A stretch of DNA of 63,401 bases, counting the filler, from Octopus bimaculoides (Eukaryota): assembly GCF_001194135.2 (NCBI RefSeq). It is 6 parts of 5 records of this genome, joined end to end, with 100 filler letters (N's around TTAATTAATTAA, not from the genome) between each part and the next. Parts side by side here need not be neighbours in the genome. Positions count along the whole stretch, not along the records: positions 49,779 to 58,690 come from NW_026320937.1; positions 58,791 to 61,618 come from NC_069006.1; positions 61,719 to 63,401 come from NC_068981.1; 3 more parts are not named here. One strand, 5' to 3'. The notes beneath the pieces were generated by a model. That model saw nothing but the letters and a program-made list of their open reading frames with translations, was not told where the DNA came from and searched no databases. The position numbers were made by a program, and so were the translations under genes. Positions 52,150 through 62,890 of this stretch are shown in pieces. The number at the start of each line of letters is the position of its first letter. The first letter of the stretch is position 1.

Positions 52150-54320
52150 TAACAATGATAATACTACAATGGAATAACATGAATCCTTTAAGGTCAGGCA
52201 TCAAATAAAATTTTAAAAGGTTTAAAAACTATTAAGAAATTTCAAAACATCCTATTCATTAAAGTTAAGTAAGATACACACTAAACTAACAGCAATAGCA
52301 AAAGTGATATGAAAAAAATTTAAGTAAAACCATATACCATCAATGGATAAAGTTGAAATTTTAGTTATCACAGGAAGATTATACATTAAGGTGAAAGATC
52401 AAAAATATGCTATAAAAGTTCAATTTCAATTTAAATATGTGATTTAGTAATCACAATAAATAAGAGTTAAAGAAAATATTTGATATATCCATTATCTAAA
52501 GTCGAAAATATTCAAATTTGCTTGATTAGCTTATCTCTATAGTAACTACATTAATAAATTTCCCATTATCAGATTTAATGTTCTTACCAAAATTATTATT
52601 ATCATTTCTATCATTACAGTATCTTATTTTATTCCTATTCATTGAAGCGATGATAGACCTGAGATTGGGAGTGACCGAATCATTTATTGATGATTTATTG
52701 CATATTGTGCAATATTTATGATGCTTTGGGAAGTTTTCTTTCAATAATTTAAAGAATAATCTTGGTAGACCTTTCACTCTTAGTGAAAAGGGAGGGGCGA
52801 ACCAAATAACCTGACGAACCCTAGATTTGGTCTTAAAAGTGGGCTTACCATATGTTGTTTGACTTAGTTTGCCATATGTAAAGCTGTTCATATTTTTATT
52901 TTTATTTATATTTTTATTATTTTTATTTTCGTTCTTATTTCTACCTTCGTTTGATATAAACCTAACTTTATAATTCTGTTCATATTTATAATTCTTATTA
53001 CCACCATCATTACATCTGTTATTATCCCTATCATCCATGGAATTGGCATCAGCACTATTTTCATTACTATTTTTATTATTATTACCTTCATTTTCAACTT
53101 TATCTCCTTTATTTCTATCATTGTTAAACTTCATTTTATTAGAACAAACATTGGTCTTTATCGACTTAATGTGAGCTTCTAGTGTGTCGACAAGTGAGTT
53201 TCCACTATCTGAGATCTGTTTCTTATCATCCATGATGCTTGCCAGCTTTATTTTAAATTTTGTATTGTGTACATATTTAATATTATTAGTAAACCCATTT
53301 AATTTTAAGGCATTATTATAGATAGGGCCATATTGATTAGAAATGTTTTCATTAGCTGATAGGTTTGAGATTCTAATGGATATTGCAGTCACTATGCTAT
53401 TGATGGTTGATTTAGGATGATTGGAGGATAGTTTGATTTGGTTTCCAAAAAGGGTAATATAAGTTAGTATTAAGATCAAGAGTGATATCCAAAAAAATTG
53501 TTACTTTAGGATTATTCTCATATACAATGTTGAGGTTATAAAAGTTCTTCAAAAAACTCCCTTAGCTCTTTCTTCAATCTTTCAATTTGAGGATTGGAAT
53601 GATTAGAGACAATAAACAATGCATCATCTCTATAAATCCCTTTGGAGAGAGATGGAAAATGCCGCTTAATCTTGTCCAATAGAAATAATCCAATGATATC
53701 TGTTATTTGTGCCAAGTCCGAGGAACCCATAGTAATATCAAAGAAGTTAAAAGAATCTGATTTAGACCAGTGCTGTATTCCATAATTTATCAGGGTCATC
53801 CTAGCTGCTTGGATAATCTCAATATCTAAACCCGATATTTCAACATAATTCCGCACGAAAATAATTGCTTTATTCAATAAGATGGGGGAAATCGAAGTAT
53901 AGTAATTAGATATATTAGATTGAATAAATGACAATGTCTTATTATATTTATATTTAAGTGTGTGAAACCAATATATAACATCGTTGGCAGATTCCCATAA
54001 GGGCAACAATGTCTTTTCTCTTATAACAGGGATGATCCTATCTAATATGGATTTGCTGATCCTACCCAAATCAGATTTGGTTGGACAAATTAGACGTATT
54101 GTTGGTTTGGTCAGAAAATCACCCTTATGGTCCTTTAGGGTGCAATGCAGAGTCTTTGGATCATAAGGTTGTGTCAGTCGAGGATTCCTAGTTTTGAAAT
54201 CAAATCGTAATGTCTGTTATTAATGTCAATAAGAGCTGATTTTTTGGCAATTTAGTATTTAGCATGAAGTTCTTTGGATATCAATTTATCATAGGTTTCA
54301 TAGGGCAAATGCTTGAAGAC
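52150..54320 (-). mobile_element. Penelope-like element A (decayed RT, thumb, long Asn-rich linker; no GIY-YIG seen)
   Basis: TLKDHKGDFLTKPTIRLICPTKSDLGRISKSILD...FDITMGSSDLAQITDIIG...GIYRDDAL...FLDITLDL...KPN...SNHP...RVRQVIWFAPPFS...PNLRSII, spread over frameshifted ORFs 53536-54069 and 52526-53479. Confidence 0.9.
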
Positions 54321-54329
54321 CACTGCAGC

Positions 54330-57270
54330 TATGTGGATGATCCATACTTGAACAATGGTAGGTGCTCACTAGGTTAAGTGCCACTGTACAGGGGAAGGTA
54401 ATAGCAACCCACAACTTGTATTCTGCCTTGTATAGATCATGGAGTGTCTGCTCACAAAAAAAAGGAATAACAATGTGAAGGACACCGGAAACAGGGTCTC
54501 ATTCGGTAGAGACTATCATTGGCTGCGGGAGATACCCGATTGTTGTCATACTACTGCAGCAACAACAACATCAGTCTCGACATAGAATGTAGGGTCAATG
54601 TATCAGAGTGGAAAAATGGATAACATTTTGAAAGAGATGAGATGGTTGAGCATTAACATTCTCGGTGTTTGTGAAGAGAGATGGCCTGGCACACGAAAGT
54701 TGTCTTAGATGGGGTCACATTTCTGTATTCAGGCAACAAACATGAGCATGGAGTTGGAATGTTTCTAGGCCAAGAAAAGGTTAAAAGGTTGGCTGGCTAC
54801 AGGTGTATCTCCGATAGAGTGATTTTGGTATGACTTTGAGGTAAACCATTTGACACAGTAGTGATTCGGTGCTATCCTCCCACGTCCGACAGTAACATCA
54901 AAGATATAGATGATTTTTACGAATGAGGCAGTGCAAATCATAATATTAAAATCATCATGGGAGACTTCAATGCGAAAGTTTGGAAGAATAAAGATGGTGA
55001 AACTGTTGGATCATTTGGTCTGGGACAGAGGAATGAACGAGGTGAGAGGCTAGTTGAGTGGTGCAAGGAAAATGGTTTGAATATAACAAACACGTTTTTC
55101 AAACATCATCCGAGAAACCTGTACACCTGGAAAAGTTCTGGACATGGTTGCTGGAATCAGATTGATTGCACATTGATCAATAAATGCTTTTGAAATTCAG
55201 TGCAATGGGTCAGGACGTATCCAGGAGCCTATTGTGACACTGTATCGAGTGAAAGGTACTTAGCGAGAAAATCAGACTAAAATTAAAGAAAATCTATCAG
55301 AAGACTGCACCTAGACTACAGTTAAAGCTGCAAAAATTAGACAATAATATCAGGACAGGGTTTTGCCAAAACGTCATGGATCAGTATGACGGAATACCAC
55401 AGTCAGAGGAGAAAGATGAATGGAAATTCCTTCAGAATGCACTAATAAAGGCTGCAGAGGAATGGCTTCCGGAAACTGAAAGAATTTCAAAAAATAAGTG
55501 GATGACTCAAGCAATACTTCATAGGATGGATGAGAGAAGACTGGCAAAGAATGACCCGGAGATGTACAGACAATTGAACAAAGAGATTTGAAAAATGTGC
55601 GAAAAAGCAAAGGAAGAATATCTGGAGGGGTGTTTTGAAGAGCTGGAGAAGAAACATGCACAGATGATGCATGAAAAAGTTAGACAGGCTACATTTAGGA
55701 GGAAGAAAAATCTGACAGGCTATATTAAAGACAAAGATGGCACAATTCTGATGGCTGATGAGTCAGTCAAGAGAAGGTGGACCAATTACATCAAAGGTCT
55801 CTATGCTGATGATGGAAGGAAAGAAAAACCAAGGATAAGTAAACCAATGGATGGCCATATGATTACAGCAGCTGAAATCAAGTAAGTTATGGACAAGATG
55901 AAAAATGGAAAAGCGACGGGAAATGACAACATCGCGTTTGAACTAGTAAATGCCTTGGGGAAGTTTTGGAGTAGAAAAATTAACAGAGATAGTGAGCCAT
56001 GTTTACAAATCAGGGATGTTCTTGAAGAAATACTGGAATCAATCTTCATCATTTTGCCTAACAAGTCTGGAACAATCAAGTGTAAAAATCATAGAACAAT
56101 AAGCCTAATGAGTTCTGTGACAAAGATTATTTTGAGAGTGGATTTGAATCGAGTGGATTTCAATCGAGTGAAAGGTACTATTAGGAGAAACCTATCAGAT
56201 GAACAGTTTGGCTATTGAACAGGAAAGGGGACAAGAAATGCAATTCTGTGCTTGAGGACGTTGGTGGAAAAGTGTGTAGAGAAACAATACGCAGACAATA
56301 CGGCTTTGTACATCTGTTTTATTGACTATATGAAGGCGTTTGACTGTGTTAAGCATGAAAGAGTTGGTGAGAATGTTGGAAGAACTCAAGATGGGACAGA
56401 TCTAAGAATGAGTCGAAATTTATATTGGGACCAGAAAGCAGCCATCAGTGGGCATGGAGAATTGGGCGACTGGATTGACATTCAGAAAGGTGTCCGGCAG
56501 GATTGTATTTTGTCACGTGATTTATTCAACCTGTATAACGAGAAAGCTCTAAGCAAGATCAAGACAATTGCAGGGCTACAACTGGGGGAAAGGAATGATA
56601 ACACGAGACACGCAGACAATACAGCTTTGTTTGCAGATACAGCAGAGAAACTTCATTGATTGATTAATATCGTGACTGAGGAGAGTGGACAGCTTGTATT
56701 GACGATTAACTGCCAGAAAACATTCTCAATGGTCTGTACCTAGAAAGCACAGGTACCGTCATGTTGCTTGATGGTGATTGGAACTGGAATAGAGCAGATA
56801 TATTCATATACCTGGGAAGTTGGATAACATCAGATGGAAGGTCAGATAAGGACGTCAAGTGTAGAATTGGATTAGCAAAGAAGACTATGGATATGAGGAG
56901 CATTTTTTGTGCAAATGTGTGGTTTTATAGAAAAATGCTAAAAATTTTGTGGGTACAAATGGTGACGAATGTGAAGGTGTTGAAGGAGATGAGACAGTTG
57001 GTGGATACTATCAGAGAGAGACAGTAGAGATTTGTTGGTCATTTTCTCAGAGAGGATGATGGAATGGAATGTTACACGGTGGAGACTGAGTTGGTGGAAA
57101 AGAGAGTGAGAGGAAGGCAAAGAATGAAGAGGTTCGACTGGATGAAGAAGAGAATGAGCGTGCAGAGCGAGAAAGATCTGGGTGATGTTGCGATGGACAG
57201 AAATAAATGGAGGAGGAACAAGCCATGATTTGTCAATGGCATGAATATGCCATAACAGAAGAGAAGAAGA
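54330..57270 (+). mobile_element. RTE-clade LINE, near full length, pseudogenised (APE endonuclease + RT)
   Basis: 5' UTR with ggtaatagcaacccac. APE motifs INILGVCEERW, HGVG, MGDFNAK, NQID. RT motifs GKATGND, RTISL, FIDYMKAFD, KGVRQ, HADNT, YLGS. Ends in a (GAA)-rich tail before (TA)n. Many stops and frameshifts. Confidence 0.92.
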
Positions 57271-57354
57271 TATATATATATATATATATATATATGAATA
57301 ATAACAATAAATGGAGCAAAACACATATAAATAAAAGTTCCTTTAATTCCTACA

Positions 57355-58690
57355 CATCATCATCATCATCGTCGTTTAATGTCCGCTTTCCATGCTAGCA
57401 TGGGTTGGACGATTTGACTGAGGACTGGTGAAATCAGATGGCTACACCAGGCCCCAATCTGATTTGGCAGAGTTTCTACAGCTGGATGCCCTTCCTAACG
57501 CCAACCACTCAGAGAGTGTAGAGGGTGCATTTTACGTACCACCGGCACGAAGGCCAGTCAGGCGGCACTGGCAACGACCACGATCAAAATGGTGTATTTT
57601 ATGTGCCACCCGCACAAGAGCCAGTCCAGGGGCACTGGCAACGATCTCGCTCGAAAGTCCTTACACATGCCGCGGGCACAAGTGCNNNNNNNNNNCAGGG
57701 GCACTGGCAACGATCTCGCTCGAAAGTCCTTACACATGCCGCGGGCACAAGTGCCAGAAAGGCGACGCTGGGCACAGGTGCCATCACAATTTCGCTTTCG
57801 CTGGACCCAATAAGTCTTCGCAAGCTGAGTTTCGTGTCGAATGAGGGAGACGATGTTGGCATTGGTGCCAGATGTCAAATTTAACTCGATTTCGATTTCA
57901 CTTGCCTCAACAGGTCTTCGCAAGTGGAGTTTAGTGTCCAATGAAGGAAGGAAGGTACGCATAAGTGGACTGGCTGAGGCCTTAGATTTAGGTCTCACTT
58001 GGCTTGCCGGGCCTTCTCATGCACAGCATATTTCCAATTGGCAGAGTTTCTACAGCTGGATGCTCTTCCTAACGCCGACCACTCAGGGAGTGTAGTGGGT
58101 GCTTTTACGTGCCACCGGCACGAAGGCCAGTCAGGCAGTACCGGCAACGGCCATGCTCAAAATGGTGTATTTTATGTGCCACCCGCACAAGAGCCAGTCC
58201 AGGGGCATTGGCAACGATCTCTCTCGAAAGTCCTTACACATGCCACGGGCACAAGTGCCAGAAAGGCGACGCTGGGCACAGGTACCTTCATGATTTCGCT
58301 TTCCCCAATAGGTCTTCGCAAGCTGAGTTTCGTGTCCAATGAAGGAGACGACGTTGGCATGGGTGCCAGTCGTAGAATTTAACTCGATTTCGATTTCACT
58401 TGCCTCAACAGGTCTTCGCAAGTGGAGTTTAGTGTCCAATTTACTCGATTTCGATTTCACTTTAGATGACGTTGGCATAGTTGCCAGTCGTCGAATTTAA
58501 CTCGATTTCGATTTCACTTGCCTCAACAGGTCTTCGCAAGTGGAGTTTAGTGTCCAATTTAACACGATTTCGATTTCACTTGCCTCAACAGGTCTTCGCA
58601 AGTGGAGTTTAGTGTCCATTTTAACTCGATTTCGATTTCACTTGCCTCAACAGGTCTTCGCAAGTGGTGTTTAGTGTCCAATGAAGGAAG
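57355..58690 (-). mobile_element. Composite RTE-associated SINE-like repeat, tandemly duplicated (period ~574 bp), with internal 62-bp minisatellite
   Basis: (cat)n tail at 57355; ttggcagagtttctacagctggatg.cttcctaacgcc at 57464 and 58038; repeated 62-bp units. Confidence 0.7.
58376..58680. repeat. 62-bp minisatellite, each unit containing the hairpin CACTTGC-N14-GCAAGTG
   Basis: Near-identical units at ~57878, 58376, 58494, 58556 and 58618; the last three are head-to-tail without spacers. Confidence 0.9.
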
Positions 58691-59056
58691 NNNNNNNNNN
58701 NNNNNNNNNNNNNNNNNNNNNNNNNNNNNNNNNNTTAATTAATTAANNNNNNNNNNNNNNNNNNNNNNNNNNNNNNNNNNNNNNNNNNNNCCCCCAAACA
58801 CATGACGGGCCATTTTTAGTTTCCGTGTACTAAATCCGGTCAGAAGGCTTTCCTCACGCCAAGGCTACCGAAGACAGATCTCGAAGATGCCAACTAAATC
58901 AATGCGAACAACCACTTTTATATAGAAGCAGCTTCGTTACTCAAAATAGTAACATCAACAACAAGAAAAGGAGGAGAAATGGAAGACGGGAGAGGAGGGG
59001 TGGGAGAAGGGGAGAACAAGGAGGAGAGATAGAAGGTGGGGAAGTGAGTAGGATAC

Positions 59057-59143
59057 CTGACAGTGTGACTGGACTCGGGAAGCAAACGTTTTACCTTGCA
59101 GCTGCAACTGCACCGTGCCGTACGCACAACAAAAATCTGCTAT
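59057..59143 (-). CDS. Weak candidate exon (IADFCCAYGTVQLQLQGKTFASRVQSHCQ, or a shorter 49/42-nt form), possibly non-coding
   Basis: Acceptor ttttgcAG at 59144-59145; donors AAG|GTAAAA (59094) and CAG|GTATCC (59056), followed by a CT-rich tract. GC-rich island. Confidence 0.2.
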
Positions 59144-59406
59144 CTGCAAAAGTTGCAGTGATAGTTTAAAATAGCACTCTATGTTTCATACTCAATGCAA
59201 GTACACCGCCAAAATATTAATCCATTGTGTTATACGTCTGGAAATAATAATTGTTGCGGACGTTATGTGTTTAGAAATACAAATATACTGGAAACTCATT
59301 TCGCAAACTTCATTCGTTCCTGAACACCGTTCATCACCCGAAATATTAGTAAAGCGAAACTATGATCTCCATAGAAAATTCAAGCCATGCCAAAGGGAAA
59401 TAATCT

Positions 59407-59936
59407 CAAAACGGAGCAAATAATTCAGCAGAAAATATTTGCAAAGATACCATTAACGCTATTATTATCTGGTATAAAATAACTGAATTGATAAGAAACA
59501 GAATAAATAATATAGGCGGGTTGAGAGATTCTTTGATCGTGGTAACACATCCTGAGGATGGTGAGGCTATAATGCCAGTCCAGAAACCGGTCCACGTGAG
59601 TCCAAATGCTAGAAAATATATATCTGGATGGTTTATTGATCAGTTGAATGATTCTCTTAACCCGTATGCTCACAGACGCTTGATTTCTGTAGTTATTGTC
59701 AGTGGCATTTTTCGACAGTTTAAAATAGAGTTTTGACTGTTATTTCCAGCAGATAGATATGCTCAGTATGTCCTTTCATTAATATACATTCCTTAAGCTA
59801 TTTAATGCTTTTGGGGGCCGGCAATCGCCTATATTATTAATTCTGTTATTATCAATTTAATTAATTTATCCTAGATAATAATAGAGTTAATGGTATCTTT
59901 GCAAATGTTTTCTGCCGAATTATTTGCTCCGTATTG
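59407..59936. mobile_element. Fold-back element, ~112-bp inverted arms (59407-59518 / 59826-59936), ~305-bp spacer, abutting (TA)n
   Basis: Arms share cgcctatattatt...agataataatag.gttaatggtatctttgcaaat.ttttctgc.gaattatttgctccgt, about 90% identical by eye. Confidence 0.9.
59546..59598 (+). ncRNA. Hammerhead-like motif with degenerate stem I
   Basis: CUGAGGA (59552-59558), stem II UGG...GGC-UAUAAU-GCC...CCA, then GAAA-CCGGUC (minimal palindromic stem III, GUC triplet). Stem I has only 4 of 6 pairs. Confidence 0.45.
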
Positions 59937-60742
59937 GAATATATATATATATATATANNNNNNNNNNNNNNNNNNNNNNNNNNNNNNNNNNNNNNNNNNN
60001 NNNNNNNNNNNNNNNNNNNNNNNNNNNNNNNNNNNNNNNNNNNNNNNNNNNNNNNNNNNNNNNNNNNNNNNNNNNNNNNNNNNNNNNNNNNNNNNNNNNN
60101 NNNNNNNNNNNNNNNNNNNNNNNNNNNNNNNNNNNNNNNNNNNNNNNNNNNNNNNNNNNNNNNNNNNNNNNNNNNNNNNNNNNNNNNNNNNNNNNNNNNN
60201 NNNNNNNNNNNNNNNNNNNNNNNNNNNNNNNNNNNNNNNNNNNNNNNNNNNNNNNNNNNNNNNNNNNNNNNNNNNNNNNNNNNNNNNNNNNNNNNNNNNN
60301 NNNNNNNNNNNNNNNNNNNNNNNNNNNNNNNNNNNNNNNNNNNNNNNNNNNNNNNNNNNNNNNNNNNNNNNNNNNNNNNNNNNNNNNNNNNNNNNNNNNN
60401 NNNNNNNNNNNNNNNNNNNNNNNNNNNNNNNNNNNNNNNNNNNNNNNNNNNNNNNNNNNNNNNNNNNNNNNNNNNNNNNNNNNNNNNNNNNNNNNNNNNN
60501 NNNNNNNNNNNNNNNNNNNNNACAGGTTACATCGGCGCAAATAATCCTTTTTCATCAATCAAACGGAAATTTTCCGCGTGTAAATCTTTTACTAATATAA
60601 ATTGTTTATAAAAATGTATTCAGACTACTCTACATTTATTGAACACTCGTTTCTTGCGTCTGTGCCCTGTGTGTGTGTGTATTTGCTTATCTGTGCGTGT
60701 GTTTGTGTGCCTGTGTCTGAGCCAGCGTGTGTATCTATCTAT

Positions 60743-60788
<46 letters not shown>

Positions 60789-60846
60789 AAATGTTATAGA
60801 AAATAAATGTTGGTGGAGTAAGAAAGTAAACACATCAGGTCTAAGT

Positions 60847-61088
60847 TTATGTATGTATGTAGGTGTGCGTATATAAATACATATACATTTGCGAATGCAC
60901 ACACATATATATATTTATATGCACAATGCTATACAGATCCATATACATACCTATATGTATATATATACATATGAATATGCATATGTATATGTATATATAT
61001 ACATATATATACATATATGTATATATATATACATGCAGATATATACACACACACACATATATATATATATACATACATGCAGATATAT

Positions 61089-61123
<35 letters not shown>

Positions 61124-61158
61124 CATGCAGATATATACACATATATATATATACATAC

Positions 61159-61211
<53 letters not shown>

Positions 61212-61300
61212 ACACAATCACAAAGCTGCATACATATGTATATATGTGTGTGTGCGTGTGTGTGAGTGTGTATGTGTGAGTGAGTGTGTGTGTGTGTTTG
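60847..61300. repeat. (TA)n/(CA)n/(TG)n compound microsatellite
   Basis: Direct reading. Confidence 0.95.
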
Positions 61301-61781
61301 TACGTCCAGGTATATTCTCAAGACGCAAATAAAAATACATCATCTCGGTATATACACATATAAGTTGATGTATCGGAAAGAGCTCATTTCATTAAAGATA
61401 AATCGGTGCCATTAGTAATGTTTGGGAATCCGAAAACCATGCACAAGGAAAAACGAAGAAGTAGAAGAAGAAGAGGAGGAGGAGGAAGAAGAAAAAAGAA
61501 GAAGAAGAAGTAAAGCACGCATAGAATAAAAATATAGATTGTATATCAAATATTAAAACCAATACACATACACACACACACGCACACGCACACACACACA
61601 CGCACACACACACACACANNNNNNNNNNNNNNNNNNNNNNNNNNNNNNNNNNNNNNNNNNNNTTAATTAATTAANNNNNNNNNNNNNNNNNNNNNNNNNN
61701 NNNNNNNNNNNNNNNNNNCGGAGTTATAAATTTAAAGTGAAAAATTTTGATTTCGCAACGTTTTCTTTTTTAAAATTCACA

Positions 61782-62430
61782 GGGGTGGTTGTGTGGTAAG
61801 AAGTTTCCTTCCCAACAACATAGTTCTGTGTTCTATTCCACTGCGTGACACTTTGGGCAAGTGTCTTCTAATATAGCTTCAGTTCAATTAAAGCCTTGTG
61901 AGTGGATTTGGTAGACAGAAAATGAAAGAAACCTGTCGTATATATATGTTTGTGTGTGTTTGTGTTACCTACGCTTAGCAACCGATGTTGGTTTGTTTAG
62001 ATTCCTGTAACTTAGCGGTTCGACAAAAAGACCGATAGGATAAATACCAGGTATGAAGGCGCGTGGCTTAGTGGTTAGGGCATTCGGCTCACGATCGTAA
62101 GGTCGTGAGTTCAATTCCCGGCGACGCGTTGTGTCCTTGAGCCGGCCTTGTCACACTCCGTGTCACGCTGAGTCTCCCTGAGAACTACGTTAGGGGTACA
62201 CGTGTCTGTGGATTGCTCAGTCACTTAAACGTTAATTTCACGAGCAAGCTGTACCGTTGATCGTATCAGCTGGGACCCTCGTCGTCGTAACCGACGGAGT
62301 GCTCCTTTTATAAATGAATACCAGGCTTGGGAAAATGTGCTGGAGTCCATTCGTTCGACTAAAGCTCTTCACGGCGATGTCCGAGCATGTCTGCAGTCGA
62401 ATGACTGAAGCAAGCAACACATAAAAAAAA
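61782..62430 (+). mobile_element. SINE family B, full length, interrupted by a nested SINE
   Basis: Head ggttgtgtggtaagaagtttccttcc...gggcaagtgtcttcta; body resumes at 62326; ends gactgaagcaagcaacacataaaaaaaa. Confidence 0.85.
62052..62316 (+). mobile_element. Nested tRNA-derived SINE with 9-bp TSD aataccagg
   Basis: A box tggcttagtgg, B box gttcaattccc; TSD at 62043-62051 and 62317-62325. Confidence 0.9.
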
Positions 62431-62804
62431 CTTTGAAACGTATATTTTTGCTCCCCAACTTCTTCGGAGTACACAAGCAACCATAACTCCTTTCATTTTA
62501 TTGTTGTTTTGTCCTTTGTTCTTTCTTGAGTTACATGTTTTCAACATATAAGATTACGATTCTGCAACAAAAGAAAGTGTTTCTTTTTTTTTTTTACACA
62601 AATTCTATTATTTAGTGGAGTTATGTTTCAAATTTTTATTTTATTCATGTATTTATCTATTTGTTTCAAAAATATTTTCTAGCAAAATATTCGAACCAAA
62701 ATAATGTACATTAAAAAGAAAAGCCGTTTTATAACACTCACCTTTCCACAAAACTTTAATTTCAAAGTATTTTTCAGAGGAAAATATCGAACCAAATAAT
62801 GATT

Positions 62805-62890
62805 TCAGTTTTAGGCACAAGGTCAGCAATTTTGAGGGGATAGGTGTTGGTCAACTGCATCGATCTCGGCACTTGGCTGGTACTTTGAAA
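62805..62890 (-). mobile_element. SINE family A, 3' fragment
   Basis: tttaggcacaaggtcagcaattttgagggga...catcgatc...ctggtac is the reverse complement of the family A tail. Confidence 0.6.

Noticed and set aside
57417-57435. ctgaggactggtgaaatc as a hammerhead core
   Set aside because: No stem II or stem I pairing is possible.
57641-57755. ~59-bp direct repeat either side of 10 Ns
   Set aside because: Typical unmerged contig overlap (negative gap); the paralogous unit at 58200 has one copy.
58376-58680. CRISPR-like array of palindromic repeats
   Set aside because: Units are 62 bp, head-to-tail without unique spacers, with no cas genes, in a eukaryotic SINE context.
59425-59736. Overlapping 82-aa ORFs on both strands
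   Set aside because: They lie inside the fold-back element, overlapping one arm, with non-ATG starts and no recognisable domain.
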